Positions 30,081 through 39,825 of a stretch of 52,144 nt of DNA are shown in pieces. Source of the DNA: a virus. Lineage: Duplodnaviria; Caudoviricetes. Where the stretch lies: the IMG/VR virus record IMGVR_UViG_3300043435_000349, positions 1 to 52,144 of that record, one strand, 5' to 3'. A program made the position numbers and the translations under genes. Each line of letters begins with the position of its first letter. Position 1 is the first letter of the stretch. The notes beneath the pieces are model-generated. The model ran no database searches, had not been told where the DNA came from, and worked only from the letters and a program-made list of their open reading frames with translations.

Positions 30081-30740
30081 TTAGCTCAACAACTTTGGTG
30101 GAACAACATCAGAGTCGTCCTGTGCTGCACGTTTCTCAAGACGCTCAATAACCTCGCTACCAAGCATCCAAAACTCCTTCCCACAGAAGAATTGCTCAAG
30201 CTCTTTGTCTGACAAGAAGCCAGAATAGATGTCTGTCATCAATTTCTTGTGTGCGTGAGTTTCGAACTCTACATAAGCAGCTAGGTCAGATGCCTTGCCA
30301 CCAACACCCCAAGAGCTTTGTTCATGAATCATGAAGCGAGCATTCTCACACACTGTATGGCTATGACAACTCAAGAACAATGCACTACCACCAGACATAG
30401 CTGTAGACATCAATGTCCCATGCACATGAGCTTCTGTCATCGCCATCGCATTCAGGATAGCAATAGTTGTGTCTACGCTACCACCATTGGTTGCAAACAC
30501 AATCTCAATGAAATCCCCTTGCCCAGCATCAGCCAAGAAATCAAGAAGCTCTCGATACTCACTGACATCGCCAATGTCCCCATCCAAGCGGTAGCGAGCC
30601 TGCACCTTTGAATGCTCTGTCATTGTTAGAGCAGAGGCTTTCTCTGGCACATTTCCTTCCATCAGGAAGTCTAGGTCGAGGGCATTGCGCTTTGGCAATG
30701 CTTCACGCTTAGGTGATAGTTTACGCTTCATTTGCTTCAT
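30081..30740 (-). CDS. ClpP-like serine protease
   Basis: TNGGSV, AMSGGS (catalytic Ser), FMIHE and EFW motifs. Confidence 0.8.
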   Translation of the reverse strand: MKQMKRKLSPKREALPKRNALDLDFLMEGNVPEKASALTMTEHSKVQARYRLDGDIGDVSEYRELLDFLADAGQGDFIEIVFATNGGSVDTTIAILNAMAMTEAHVHGTLMSTAMSGGSALFLSCHSHTVCENARFMIHEQSSWGVGGKASDLAAYVEFETHAHKKLMTDIYSGFLSDKELEQFFCGKEFWMLGSEVIERLEKRAAQDDSDVVPPKLLS

Positions 30741-31006
30741 TCCGCCCCCACAACACGACCTTCTGAATTGATCGTGATATTGAAATAGTTTTGAATGCCA
30801 CCTTCCCACTTTTGGAAATCGGCAGCATCCACACCACATCTACCAGAACCCCGCTCTAACAGGGCGTTATTCAACACATTGCCGATAACAACACCAGCTT
30901 CAATTTTGCCAAGTTTGTCGCAAACAAAAGCATAACTGTCTGGTGAGTGGTCAATAAGCACACGCTTCATATATTTGCAGGATGTACAATTTAGCACTAC
31001 TGCCAC
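30737..31006 (-). CDS. Hypothetical Cys-containing protein
   Basis: Coupled ORF with CxxC...C...C. Confidence 0.55.
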   Translation of the reverse strand: MAVVLNCTSCKYMKRVLIDHSPDSYAFVCDKLGKIEAGVVIGNVLNNALLERGSGRCGVDAADFQKWEGGIQNYFNITINSEGRVVGAE

Positions 31007-31752
31007 CCCTCTTTGTTGTATGCAATCACAAAGTCTTTGGTAATGCCACTACGGACAATATCCTCTTCACCAAACTCAACAACTCCAGCATCACGAATCT
31101 CGTGCTTCTGTAAGATGTCGCACAAGAAGGTGAGTCCATCCTTACCATTCTTCACGTCATTCTGTTTTGCATCACCCATACAAACCAATGTGCAGTTTTC
31201 ACCAATGCGTGTTGTGATAGCCTGAATCTCGGTAATCTCACAACTTTGGCATTCATCAACCAAGACAACAGCATTCTTGAATGATCGACCACGAATAACC
31301 TCTAGTGGAACAATCTCAATCCTACCATCCTCAAGCATGATGTCCACTGTAGCGGATGACAACGCTTCCCGAAGATAACCTAACATTGGCAGAAGGAATG
31401 GTGTGATCTTCTCAACCAAGTTACCACTGTTAAACCCCATAGTCTTGATTGAAGCATATGGGCGTGTCAGCACCAACTTCTCAATCTTACCTGCCAACAG
31501 TAGACGAGCAGCCCACTGACATGCAACGTAGCTCTTGCCAGTTCCGGCAGATCCAGATGCCACAACAACACTAAGCTGTTCGAGCATGTGCAGGTAGAGC
31601 TTCTGATTATTGGTCTTTGGCTTGATAGGCTCAACAGCCTTCTGTTGCCGCTCTTGCTCCCATTTATTCTTGGGAACATGTGGAGATGTGCCTTCTAGTT
31701 TACGAGCTTTGATGCTGCTATTCCTTTCGTAACGCCGAGCCTGATTACTCAT
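30997..31752 (-). CDS. phoH: PhoH-like ATPase
   Basis: GSAGTGKS, LTRP, IRGRSF, VDECQ, TRIG, GD..Q.D and DIVRS motifs. Confidence 0.92.
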   Translation of the reverse strand: MSNQARRYERNSSIKARKLEGTSPHVPKNKWEQERQQKAVEPIKPKTNNQKLYLHMLEQLSVVVASGSAGTGKSYVACQWAARLLLAGKIEKLVLTRPYASIKTMGFNSGNLVEKITPFLLPMLGYLREALSSATVDIMLEDGRIEIVPLEVIRGRSFKNAVVLVDECQSCEITEIQAITTRIGENCTLVCMGDAKQNDVKNGKDGLTFLCDILQKHEIRDAGVVEFGEEDIVRSGITKDFVIAYNKEGWQ

Positions 31753-33864
31753 GTTGAAGCCCTTCCTGTACTGCTATCGACAAGGACAAATTTAGGGAAA
31801 GGGCATTCAAGCCCCGTCCCGTATATTTCAAACCAACCGTGCATGTTGAATGTCTGTTTGGCTAAGTCACGCTCAACCACCTTCCAGTCATCATCAACAC
31901 GGCACAGGACAAACCCAATGACATAAGCCCTTCCATTGCGAATAGGGAATGCTTCAACGATGTGGTCATTCCATGATAAGCCTTCCATTTCATGTGCAAA
32001 TTGCTTGTCACATTCCACACCATACATAAGCATAGCTGCCATCTCATTTGTCCTGTTGTGTTATTTGCTGCTAGACGAATCCAAGCCCCTCGTTCATTCT
32101 GAGTCTACCTGAGCTTTGGTTCGACGTTTTGGGGCTGGTTTTTCCTGCTGTTCACCTACCGTGATGCCTGCCGTTACATCATCATGTTTTGGTAGTTCAT
32201 CCTGAGCAAGCTGTCCAACGCCCACACCAACAACGGCATCAAGCTCAGGTTCTTGCTCAGAATCGGGCTTCGACACTTTGGTCATCGTAGCAAAGAACAT
32301 ACCAGCCACTTGCTTCGGGTAGGTCTTGATGTCATTCAAGAGGATGCTGTAGCCTTCGCCAATGTGATCCTCAATCTGCTCAAGAAACTTGGCAAGGCTA
32401 TGGTGCTTGATGATCTTTGATTCAATGACAAATGGCATTGCTTTAGGGTCGGTCATGTGTGTTGCTCCTATGTTTGATTGCCTAATGTTACATTACAATC
32501 CTGTGTTGTCAAACAGAATGTTGTGTTGGTTGTGTAATGGCAGACCCACTAAAGTCTACTCATCCCCATTTTAAGCCCAACAACCTTCTTGTCAAACATG
32601 CGATGTAGGTCATGCCAGATGTCAAACAGCTCATCAATACGACTGCTGCTAAAATCATTCACATTGCAATCACACCAACCAAGATGCCCAATGTAATCTA
32701 GTGGCAAAATGACAAGCATCTCATCGTAGTCTGCACCATCATAAGGAATAATCGCCCTCACTTTCTCATGGAAATGCACATGATCCCAAATGTCATCATA
32801 ATCAACATCCATGATCTTGCAGAAATCTTCCACTGTACAACCAACACCAACCACAGCTTCATAACTATAGCTCATGACAACTTCCCCGCTTTGATCCAAA
32901 AGACACGCCCTTCTTCAATCATCTGCTTGTGCCAACCAGCACCACGACCCCACTTGTTAAAGTCATCCACACCAAGAGCAACCAAAGCAGCTACAGAATC
33001 TTCTTTCGTAGGCTCTCGGTCAAGATAGACTGTATGATACTCGGTGTAGAAGTCGTCATTAGAGTGACCACCCCATTTCTGCTCGCAAAACACCCAGATC
33101 GTCATGACGTAAGCTCCTGCTTATATGTTGTCAAACTCAGAACAGCCTTATCCCCAGTGTAGTGGGTGTAGACGTGATCTTCCCCGTTGATCAGTTTGGT
33201 CGCATATTCCAAACGATCTTCACCCAATGACATAAGCCCAAGCGGATTGTATTTAAACCACTGCTCAATAACATCAAGCTCTTTAATACGGCTCAAAGGC
33301 TCTTTAGTCACACAGACAATATCCACTTGTCGGTCTAACATCACATAAGGACGCTCGTATGCTTCCTCATCAAACACAGTCATCTCAATGACGTGTACAT
33401 ACACACGGTCTGTCATTTCTCAACCCTCAAGCTCATAAACAAAATCAATTACATCCTCCCAATTGCCAACAAGCTCTAGGTAGCCCCCGACATAAACACT
33501 GTGATCACCACTTTGACAAAGACCCACCTCAATACAACGCTCACCGAACATTGCCCGATATGACCTGTAATAACCAGACATATCGTATGTTTGCTCAAAA
33601 CCCACCCCTTTCAGGAAACTCTCAAGCTCTTGCAGATGGTCATTCATCACATTCCCCGTCAAACAGATCACTTAGTCCAGCTTTATCCAACACAGCCCGA
33701 CACCACTTGGCAGAAATAAGACATTGCTCGTCCGCATCTGGACTTTTAACCTTTTGAAATACTTCATACATCTTATCCAGCAAATAGTTGGTTGTAATGA
33801 TAGCCGCTTCACGATCACCCAACCTACTCATGAACCTCTCTTTAACAACTTCATAGCTCATCAT
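31749..33864 (-). other. Small hypothetical CDSs (31749-32042, 32094-32456, 32549-32875, 32872-33105, 33102-33416, 33420-33647, 33640-33864)
   Basis: Contiguous minus-strand ORFs, mostly coupled. Confidence 0.6.
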
Positions 33865-34460
33865 TTACCCTCCTTAAACAGATCACGCAAACCAAGCAAA
33901 ACACTATACACACGATCCTTCATCTCAAGCACCTGCTCTTTTGCTGGCTTCTTGTACAAACCATCTGTCTTGAATGGAACACCTAACACAATTGTTTCCA
34001 AACTTCCAGTGTAGGAGGTCTCCTCAATTGCCCATATCGCACCAGCCTTACAACTGATGGTGCGTATATCGTCCGCCCGAATGTACATCTCAGATGAGAC
34101 AGGAAGGTTTTCACTACGGATTTCGACACTTGGCTGGGCATACACCTTCCTGAAAGACCCGTCAGAGCTTTTGTATTTCCACCCCGACATAACAACACGA
34201 CCACCCTCAACAAAAGAATGGTGGGTGAAGTTTCCAGCCAGCACAGACAACCAGATGTTGTACTTATGACTGTGTGGTGCAACATCCCCAAATTCAATAT
34301 CTTTTGTTGCAATAAAGAATCTTGTTAAACAGCCATCATCTGCTTTCTTCACCACCAAGCTAAACACGCCATCAACATGGCAGTCCATCAAAGACATGTT
34401 CAGAGCTTCGTCTGTAGCCCCTTCAACAGCGTCAATCAGCAGGTTTAGGTTTAACATCAC
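33861..34460 (-). CDS. Hypothetical protein, possible cupin-like fold
   Basis: 199-aa beta-rich ORF with PHSH and a G...H motif. Confidence 0.5.
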   Translation of the reverse strand: MMLNLNLLIDAVEGATDEALNMSLMDCHVDGVFSLVVKKADDGCLTRFFIATKDIEFGDVAPHSHKYNIWLSVLAGNFTHHSFVEGGRVVMSGWKYKSSDGSFRKVYAQPSVEIRSENLPVSSEMYIRADDIRTISCKAGAIWAIEETSYTGSLETIVLGVPFKTDGLYKKPAKEQVLEMKDRVYSVLLGLRDLFKEGK

Positions 34461-34846
34461 ACACCACTCGTAACATAGAAATCGTTTTTAGACAGGGTGC
34501 GCCCAATCCGACCGTCATTGAAATAGAAGATCGCACCACCACCCCAATTATACAAACCAGCTTTGTCACTAAATGCACAATCGCCGTAGTGGGTGGGCAG
34601 CGAGCTTGATTCATCATCCCACTCAACAGACCAACGCTCGCCACAACATTCGCACCACTCAGAGTTTTCAATGATTGCATCTTCGACCATGCTGACAGCT
34701 TCTTTATGGGTCTTGGCCTGTACAAACACAAAATCATCCACTTGGTTGTTACGGATAAAATAACCACCACTGTTGTTCTGGTGAAAACACCACCATTGCA
34801 AACCATCAGACTTGGTTAGTTCTTTAAACTCTAAAGCATTCATCAT
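34457..34846 (-). CDS. Conserved hypothetical phage protein
   Basis: QNNSGGYF and CECCGERW motifs are widespread in phage proteins. Confidence 0.7.
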   Translation of the reverse strand: MMNALEFKELTKSDGLQWWCFHQNNSGGYFIRNNQVDDFVFVQAKTHKEAVSMVEDAIIENSEWCECCGERWSVEWDDESSSLPTHYGDCAFSDKAGLYNWGGGAIFYFNDGRIGRTLSKNDFYVTSGV

Positions 34847-34945
34847 CTCTCTCCGTTAAAAGCAATCTTGCTTGGTAAAGCCATATTCCCACACATCAGA
34901 CAGAATGTAAAGCATTTCTTTCATGTTTTTACAAAGAGAATGGCT

Positions 34946-36424
34946 TCAAAAGAAGCCTTCCCAACTGATGACAGGCATTTCATTGTCCACACACTCAGAA
35001 ACGTATTCTGAGGGCAATTGCTTGTCAAAAACACAAGGGGCTTCAATAGTCCCGTCATCTTGTTCCCATCCATCCCAACATGTTGTCGGCATGTTCTTGT
35101 CAGCAGAAGGCTCTTTCACAGGGACATCCGCAACAGGGCTGTCAACAAACACAATGCCAAGATTTTCTGATGCCATTCTGTATGACAATGGGTTGCTAAC
35201 AACAAATTCGTCATTAAGCCAACGTTCAAACAGCTTGCGCATTCTTGGGGCTAAGATAGCCACAGTCATTGGTTCACCCTTACGGATACACCCACGCCAC
35301 AACCACTGCACTAGCTGAGATAGCGCATAATGATCACGATCAACCGACACCCCCATGTCCGTCAAATAAGCATCCACAGCACTGTTGGGGTGGACATCTA
35401 AAGCATAGACCATCACTTTCTTGTGGGCATACTCATTGGTAGCCCGACACTTCGGATAAATCCATGTTTCCCGACCCTCCTTATGCACCTTTCCGTTTGG
35501 CTTAATCAACCTGTTTTTCAATTCACCACGCCTAATTACAAATTCTTTTGGTAGTGAGAACCCACAATCCGCAGCATCATATGGTCGAAATATGTTTGAC
35601 AAAGTTCGCTCAACAGCCTGTATATCAGGCGACTTCATGTTTTTCCAAGATGTCTGTGTCAAGGACAACTTGTCATATGGTTTGTAGTAGGATTTTGACA
35701 CAGGCTCAATCAGGTGAGCCACACTACTAGGCAACACATCAGGAACGTCAACACCTGTAAACTCTATCCACTCAACACCATGTAAAGACAAGAACTGCTC
35801 AAGCAAACTACCCTTAAACATGTAGCTCATAATGATGACACGTCTAGCACACATCAAAACATCAACAGGCAGACAAGACACCACAAAGCCATTATATCGC
35901 TTGGAACTATACAACAAACCTTTCCCACACATCTCCTTGACCTCCGTGTACATGACCTTCTGTACAGTGGAAGCATCATGAAATGTCAACCTGCCATTTG
36001 TGTCATCACGCGACAAGTGACCATTGTCAAACAACCAAAGCATATCTCTAGGTGGGACATCTCGGAAGGCTTCAATCAAACTCACTTCTTCATCCAACAC
36101 GATGGTATAGCCGAGTTGCTGAATCAACTTCCAATGACGTTCATCACAAGTTTTCAACAGAGCATGTGTTGTAGCAATGTTTTCCCTTCCAGACAACAAT
36201 AACAACATGTCCTCTGCCTTAGAGGATCGCCATTTATCACCATCTTTAAACACCAACCGCTCTGGACACTTAACAGCAAGGTCTGGCCTTACAGCATTGA
36301 TCCTTTCTTCTGCTTCACTGAGCAATGGGGTGACAAAGATAAATCGCATCTCTGGTTTTAGCCACTGTAAAATGGCATTAGTCTTACCAGCACCCATCAT
36401 CCTGTCTAACACTTCAACTTTCAC
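34946..36424 (-). CDS. SF2 helicase-related protein (paralogue of 15289-16518) with acidic tail
   Basis: DRMMGAGKT, FVTPLLSE, TTHAL, VLDEE, RATN and QWLWRGCIR. Confidence 0.75.
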   Translation of the reverse strand: MKVEVLDRMMGAGKTNAILQWLKPEMRFIFVTPLLSEAEERINAVRPDLAVKCPERLVFKDGDKWRSSKAEDMLLLLSGRENIATTHALLKTCDERHWKLIQQLGYTIVLDEEVSLIEAFRDVPPRDMLWLFDNGHLSRDDTNGRLTFHDASTVQKVMYTEVKEMCGKGLLYSSKRYNGFVVSCLPVDVLMCARRVIIMSYMFKGSLLEQFLSLHGVEWIEFTGVDVPDVLPSSVAHLIEPVSKSYYKPYDKLSLTQTSWKNMKSPDIQAVERTLSNIFRPYDAADCGFSLPKEFVIRRGELKNRLIKPNGKVHKEGRETWIYPKCRATNEYAHKKVMVYALDVHPNSAVDAYLTDMGVSVDRDHYALSQLVQWLWRGCIRKGEPMTVAILAPRMRKLFERWLNDEFVVSNPLSYRMASENLGIVFVDSPVADVPVKEPSADKNMPTTCWDGWEQDDGTIEAPCVFDKQLPSEYVSECVDNEMPVISWEGFF

Positions 36425-36429
36425 ACAAC

Positions 36430-36970
36430 AGCCCTCGACCTAAATGGACAACAAATGTACTATTGAAGCTCTGTTTTGTCAAGCTCAGTTTTGTATGAAA
36501 AATGAGGTGTTGTCAAAAACCAACACTTTGTCCTGTAAGTTATTGATCCGGTACAAGATTTCTGGCTAAGCCTATAAGAGTCAAACCAATATAATATGAT
36601 AGATAAGATGAATATGATCACCCACTACAGTCTGCTCTATGCCTGCTTCGCAAACGTACATAATCTGCTACAGTCAACTGATTTAGACAAATATTTAGTC
36701 CAACTGAAATAACGCTTTTGTCTTTTGCTCTTAATCTTTTTACATGACCACTGTTGGATAAATCCAACCATGCACACCATAAGGTTAAAAGCAAAAGATC
36801 TTTTTTATTATTAAAAAAACACCCTCTACAGCTTACGTCAACAGAACCAGCTTATAAATCCGATTTCTGTTGACATTGGCTTTTGTTGTGTTTGTTTTTG
36901 CAACTTGTTGCCATGTGACCCAATTGATCTCACGGAACACAGAGCCGCTATTAGCAATTATTTATTTCAT
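36430..36970. other. Intergenic region, putative replication origin 2
   Basis: AT-rich, with IHF-like TAAGTTATTGAT (36535-36546) and a 26-bp element identical to 17037-17062. Confidence 0.45.
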
Positions 36971-36974
36971 TTAA

Positions 36975-37181
36975 TTACTTGTGTTGGTTTAGGTGTTTCA
37001 ACCACATGTTAATTGCTGCTAGAGCATCAAGACTGAGTAGGTGTGTACCACAATCTACATACCTCCAACTATCCTCAGACACCAACCGACCTAAGTAGTG
37101 GTTCAACTCTACATCCCACACCCTACCAAGACTATCGACACAACATCTACCGGTCGGCTTACACTTCCTGAAATCACTCAT
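36975..37181 (-). CDS. Hypothetical protein
   Basis: Small ORF with GAGGAG RBS (start MSDFRK). Confidence 0.5.
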   Translation of the reverse strand: MSDFRKCKPTGRCCVDSLGRVWDVELNHYLGRLVSEDSWRYVDCGTHLLSLDALAAINMWLKHLNQHK

Positions 37182-37623
37182 CACATTTCTCCTCAACACA
37201 CTCAGTCATAAAATACCAAACACATGTTGCTTCACCCCATTGATTACCAACCGAGTGAGGTTTGGTGTGGTCAAACACATGTACATCACCACTTCTCAAA
37301 TACCAACTCTGTGCTTCTTCTTTAGGGAATCCTGTTGCTGCAAATGTCAAACCTTTTGCAACCTTTGGAAACCACACTAAAGATAAGAACACATTACCAC
37401 CCCATACAGGGTCTGTGTGCTGCATCACATAACGATTCATCCTCCCACCTATTGCTGGGGCTTGTCCGCCATCATGCCAACGATAACCAAGCTGATCTAC
37501 CAATCTGTTTATTTCGTCAGGCCAACCAACAGACAAATCGTACATTTGAAAGATGTCGTTGTTCTGTGTTTCAGCCAACCTTGTCAGCACACCTCTTTTT
37601 GGTAGGACATTTCCGATCAACAT
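37174..37623 (-). CDS. Putative 2OG-Fe(II) oxygenase / DSBH-fold protein
   Basis: HTD...GDVHVFDHTKPHSV fits the HxD...H facial triad. Confidence 0.55.
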   Translation of the reverse strand: MLIGNVLPKRGVLTRLAETQNNDIFQMYDLSVGWPDEINRLVDQLGYRWHDGGQAPAIGGRMNRYVMQHTDPVWGGNVFLSLVWFPKVAKGLTFAATGFPKEEAQSWYLRSGDVHVFDHTKPHSVGNQWGEATCVWYFMTECVEEKCDE

Positions 37624-37817
37624 TTAAACACTCCACAAATCATTTCGATGCCCCATCCTACCACAACCCCACCTTGTGTCAATTGTTTATTTAAAACAAT
37701 TCATAAGACCCTCTGATAAGAATTGTTGTTTGTATGTACAGTATGGTTGACAAATCAACTTTAGCATGTACTATCTGTTGCATCAACACACTTAGCACAC
37801 CACCTCAAGGAAAGTCA

Positions 37818-38693
37818 ATGCCGGTAGCCCTATCCACCCAATCATATTCACACACATTTGAAGCTCAGCTAGAGAGCATCTTGTCTCAGTATAATGAGAT
37901 TATGGAATCGGATGTATCACCATTCACTCTGTCCAATCACAGCTACAACTTCATGTACCTTGCCGATAAGGTGTATGTGGCAATTAGCCAAGATCTTGTA
38001 TCTAAATCATACAACCCATTACAGCCAATTGAGCTGTACGAGCTGACCAATGGTGAAGCATTCCTTTTGTCTGTGATTGTCCGTAACATCAACCTGTCTC
38101 TTGCAGCAGGTGGTAATTCTGGGTCAATTACGTTGAGGTTTATTCCAAATGGGGCTGTTGAGTCTGTTGATGGTGAACTTCAACGTTTTGTCTACAATGG
38201 CACAAATGTCGAAACAGTTGAGGTTGGAGGCAACTTAGTCAACGTCCCAGTCTGGCAAGCAGACATTCCACAAACCTTCCGCCAAGGCGACTATTTGTTG
38301 CGTTTCAAGATGCCGACACTATCCTCTGGGGCAAGCGTTAACATCTATTTCACAGACAGTCTTGTCCCAAGCGTGGTCTCACCCCCAGCAGGTATCAGCT
38401 ATGTTTTGATTGAGCTGCGCCAGACGGGTGGCAATTCTATTGTAATTGAGGACTTCGTAGTCCCAGAGAACAGTATAAGTGCTGCCCTCCCAGATTATGT
38501 GGATAATGAATTGGTTGTGGTGACATTGAGTCCATCTTCCATTCTTGTAGATGGTGGTAACAGTAATGTATCACAAAACATTACACGCAGCTTATTCACA
38601 CAACCCGTGAATGTTCTTCTGCACGCCATTGCAGAAACCGCAATTACAGTTCCTGCAATTAGCGCACAGATCAGCTACCTCTCAGTGGGATGA
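37818..38693 (+). CDS. Hypothetical beta-rich protein (possibly virion-associated)
   Basis: AAGGA RBS, with a TTGACA-N16-TACTAT promoter at 37747-37774. Confidence 0.65.
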   Translation: MPVALSTQSYSHTFEAQLESILSQYNEIMESDVSPFTLSNHSYNFMYLADKVYVAISQDLVSKSYNPLQPIELYELTNGEAFLLSVIVRNINLSLAAGGNSGSITLRFIPNGAVESVDGELQRFVYNGTNVETVEVGGNLVNVPVWQADIPQTFRQGDYLLRFKMPTLSSGASVNIYFTDSLVPSVVSPPAGISYVLIELRQTGGNSIVIEDFVVPENSISAALPDYVDNELVVVTLSPSSILVDGGNSNVSQNITRSLFTQPVNVLLHAIAETAITVPAISAQISYLSVG

Positions 38694-38878
38694 GGTGTAT
38701 AGCTTGCAACTCTCGACTATCTGAGACAGAGATGCGGCGCAAAAACTTTGATGACTTGTGTGGTCGTTGTATAACGGCTTCTCAGGACAACCACACAACA
38801 TTCAAAGATGCGCAGCTCGCTGTCATCACCACCTATTACTATAGTGATGGGCTAACAAGACCAACCCGTAGCGAATAG
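38690..38878 (+). CDS. Small Zn-finger-like protein
   Basis: CxxC-x17-CxxC; ATGA coupling. Confidence 0.6.
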   Translation: MRCIACNSRLSETEMRRKNFDDLCGRCITASQDNHTTFKDAQLAVITTYYYSDGLTRPTRSE

Positions 38879-38920
38879 CACCTTTGTGCTATTCCTTACA
38901 CAAAGACAACATATTGTTAA

Positions 38921-38948
38921 TTGACAGACAAAGGTTGTCGTGTATTCT
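38921..38948 (+). promoter_or_regulatory. Sigma70-type promoter for the ncRNA/tRNA/late region
   Basis: TTGACA-N16-TATTCT. Confidence 0.55.
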
Positions 38949-39088
38949 ATCCTGCAACAACACATGCAACGCCTAGTGAAGATATGTGAGCTTTGGCTTC
39001 TCCTTTGTGCGTACCAGTGCATGTTTATGAGAGACTTGGAGAAGGGCTTTGCCCAAGACACAAGCTGCTGGCAACTGCATAGTGTTGC

Positions 39089-39223
39089 AATATGATGAAT
39101 GCGTAGGTTGATACGCTGGGTGTGGTAATTCCGAGAGCCGCTGCACAGAAATGTGTTTACCACTCCAGACCAGTCGCGGGTAAACGATGGTCAAAGCCTG
39201 AGATCAACACAGGCCATCATATT
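39089..39223 (+). ncRNA. Structured ncRNA candidate (multi-way junction with loop-loop pseudoknot)
   Basis: 9-bp closing stem, four arms, a GAAA tetraloop and complementary loops GTTGA/TCAAC. Confidence 0.6.
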
Positions 39224-39324
39224 ATTCTTATGTGCCATGTGTACAACAAGAAACGCTGTCGTTCTGCGGCAGTAGCAATTCCCCACCAAGCCTCTTAACA
39301 ATGCTCAAATCGCGTGGGCTTTAT

Positions 39325-39400
39325 TGCGGGGTAGCTCAGTTAGTAGAGCCTCGGACTCATAATCCGACTGTCGCTGGTGCGAATCCAGCCCCCGCATCCA
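39325..39400 (+). tRNA. tRNA-CAT (probably Met; Ile2 not excluded)
   Basis: Acceptor TGCGGGG/CCCCGCA, anticodon arm TCGGA-CTCATAA-TCCGA, T arm GCTGG-TGCGAAT-CCAGC, encoded CCA. Confidence 0.9.
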
Positions 39401-39457
39401 TATGCGCCAACAACCTCTGCTTCGGTAAGTTGTTGCTCTATTCCAAAAGGACAAAGC

Positions 39458-39808
39458 ATGGGATCTGCCCTACTTTGCCTTTCTCTTGCTATCTACCATG
39501 AAGCTCGTGGTGAATCTACCAAAGGTATGTTCGCTGTAGCAGAAGTGGTAATCAATCGAACAGAAGAAATGGAAAAATCCATTTGTGATGTTGTATATCA
39601 ACCCCATCAGTTTAGCTGGACTAGACGGCACGGACGCAATGTCCCACCTGACAGCGAAGCATGGCGTAAGAGCAAAGAAATTGCCAGCCAATCCCTCAAA
39701 ACCAAGACCAATTACACAAGCGGCAGCTTGTTCTTCAACACAAGATCAATTGGTGTTCGTTTTGGGAGAAGCAAGAAAGCAGAGATAGGCAACCACATAT
39801 TCTTTTAA
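39458..39808 (+). CDS. SleB-like cell wall hydrolase (Hydrolase_2)
   Basis: CL..AIYHEARGE, AVAEVVINR, ICDVVYQPHQFSW and IGNHIF motifs. Confidence 0.9.
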   Translation: MGSALLCLSLAIYHEARGESTKGMFAVAEVVINRTEEMEKSICDVVYQPHQFSWTRRHGRNVPPDSEAWRKSKEIASQSLKTKTNYTSGSLFFNTRSIGVRFGRSKKAEIGNHIFF

Positions 39809-39825
39809 TTTATTAAGGAAATTAA

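Noticed and set aside
38498-38506. Perfect DnaA box TGTGGATAA
   Set aside because: A single copy inside a CDS, compatible with chance.
39228-39289. Degenerate tRNA-Arg(TCT)-like remnant (CTGTC-GTTCTGC-GGCAG ... CACCA)
   Set aside because: No T arm or D arm and no convincing acceptor stem.
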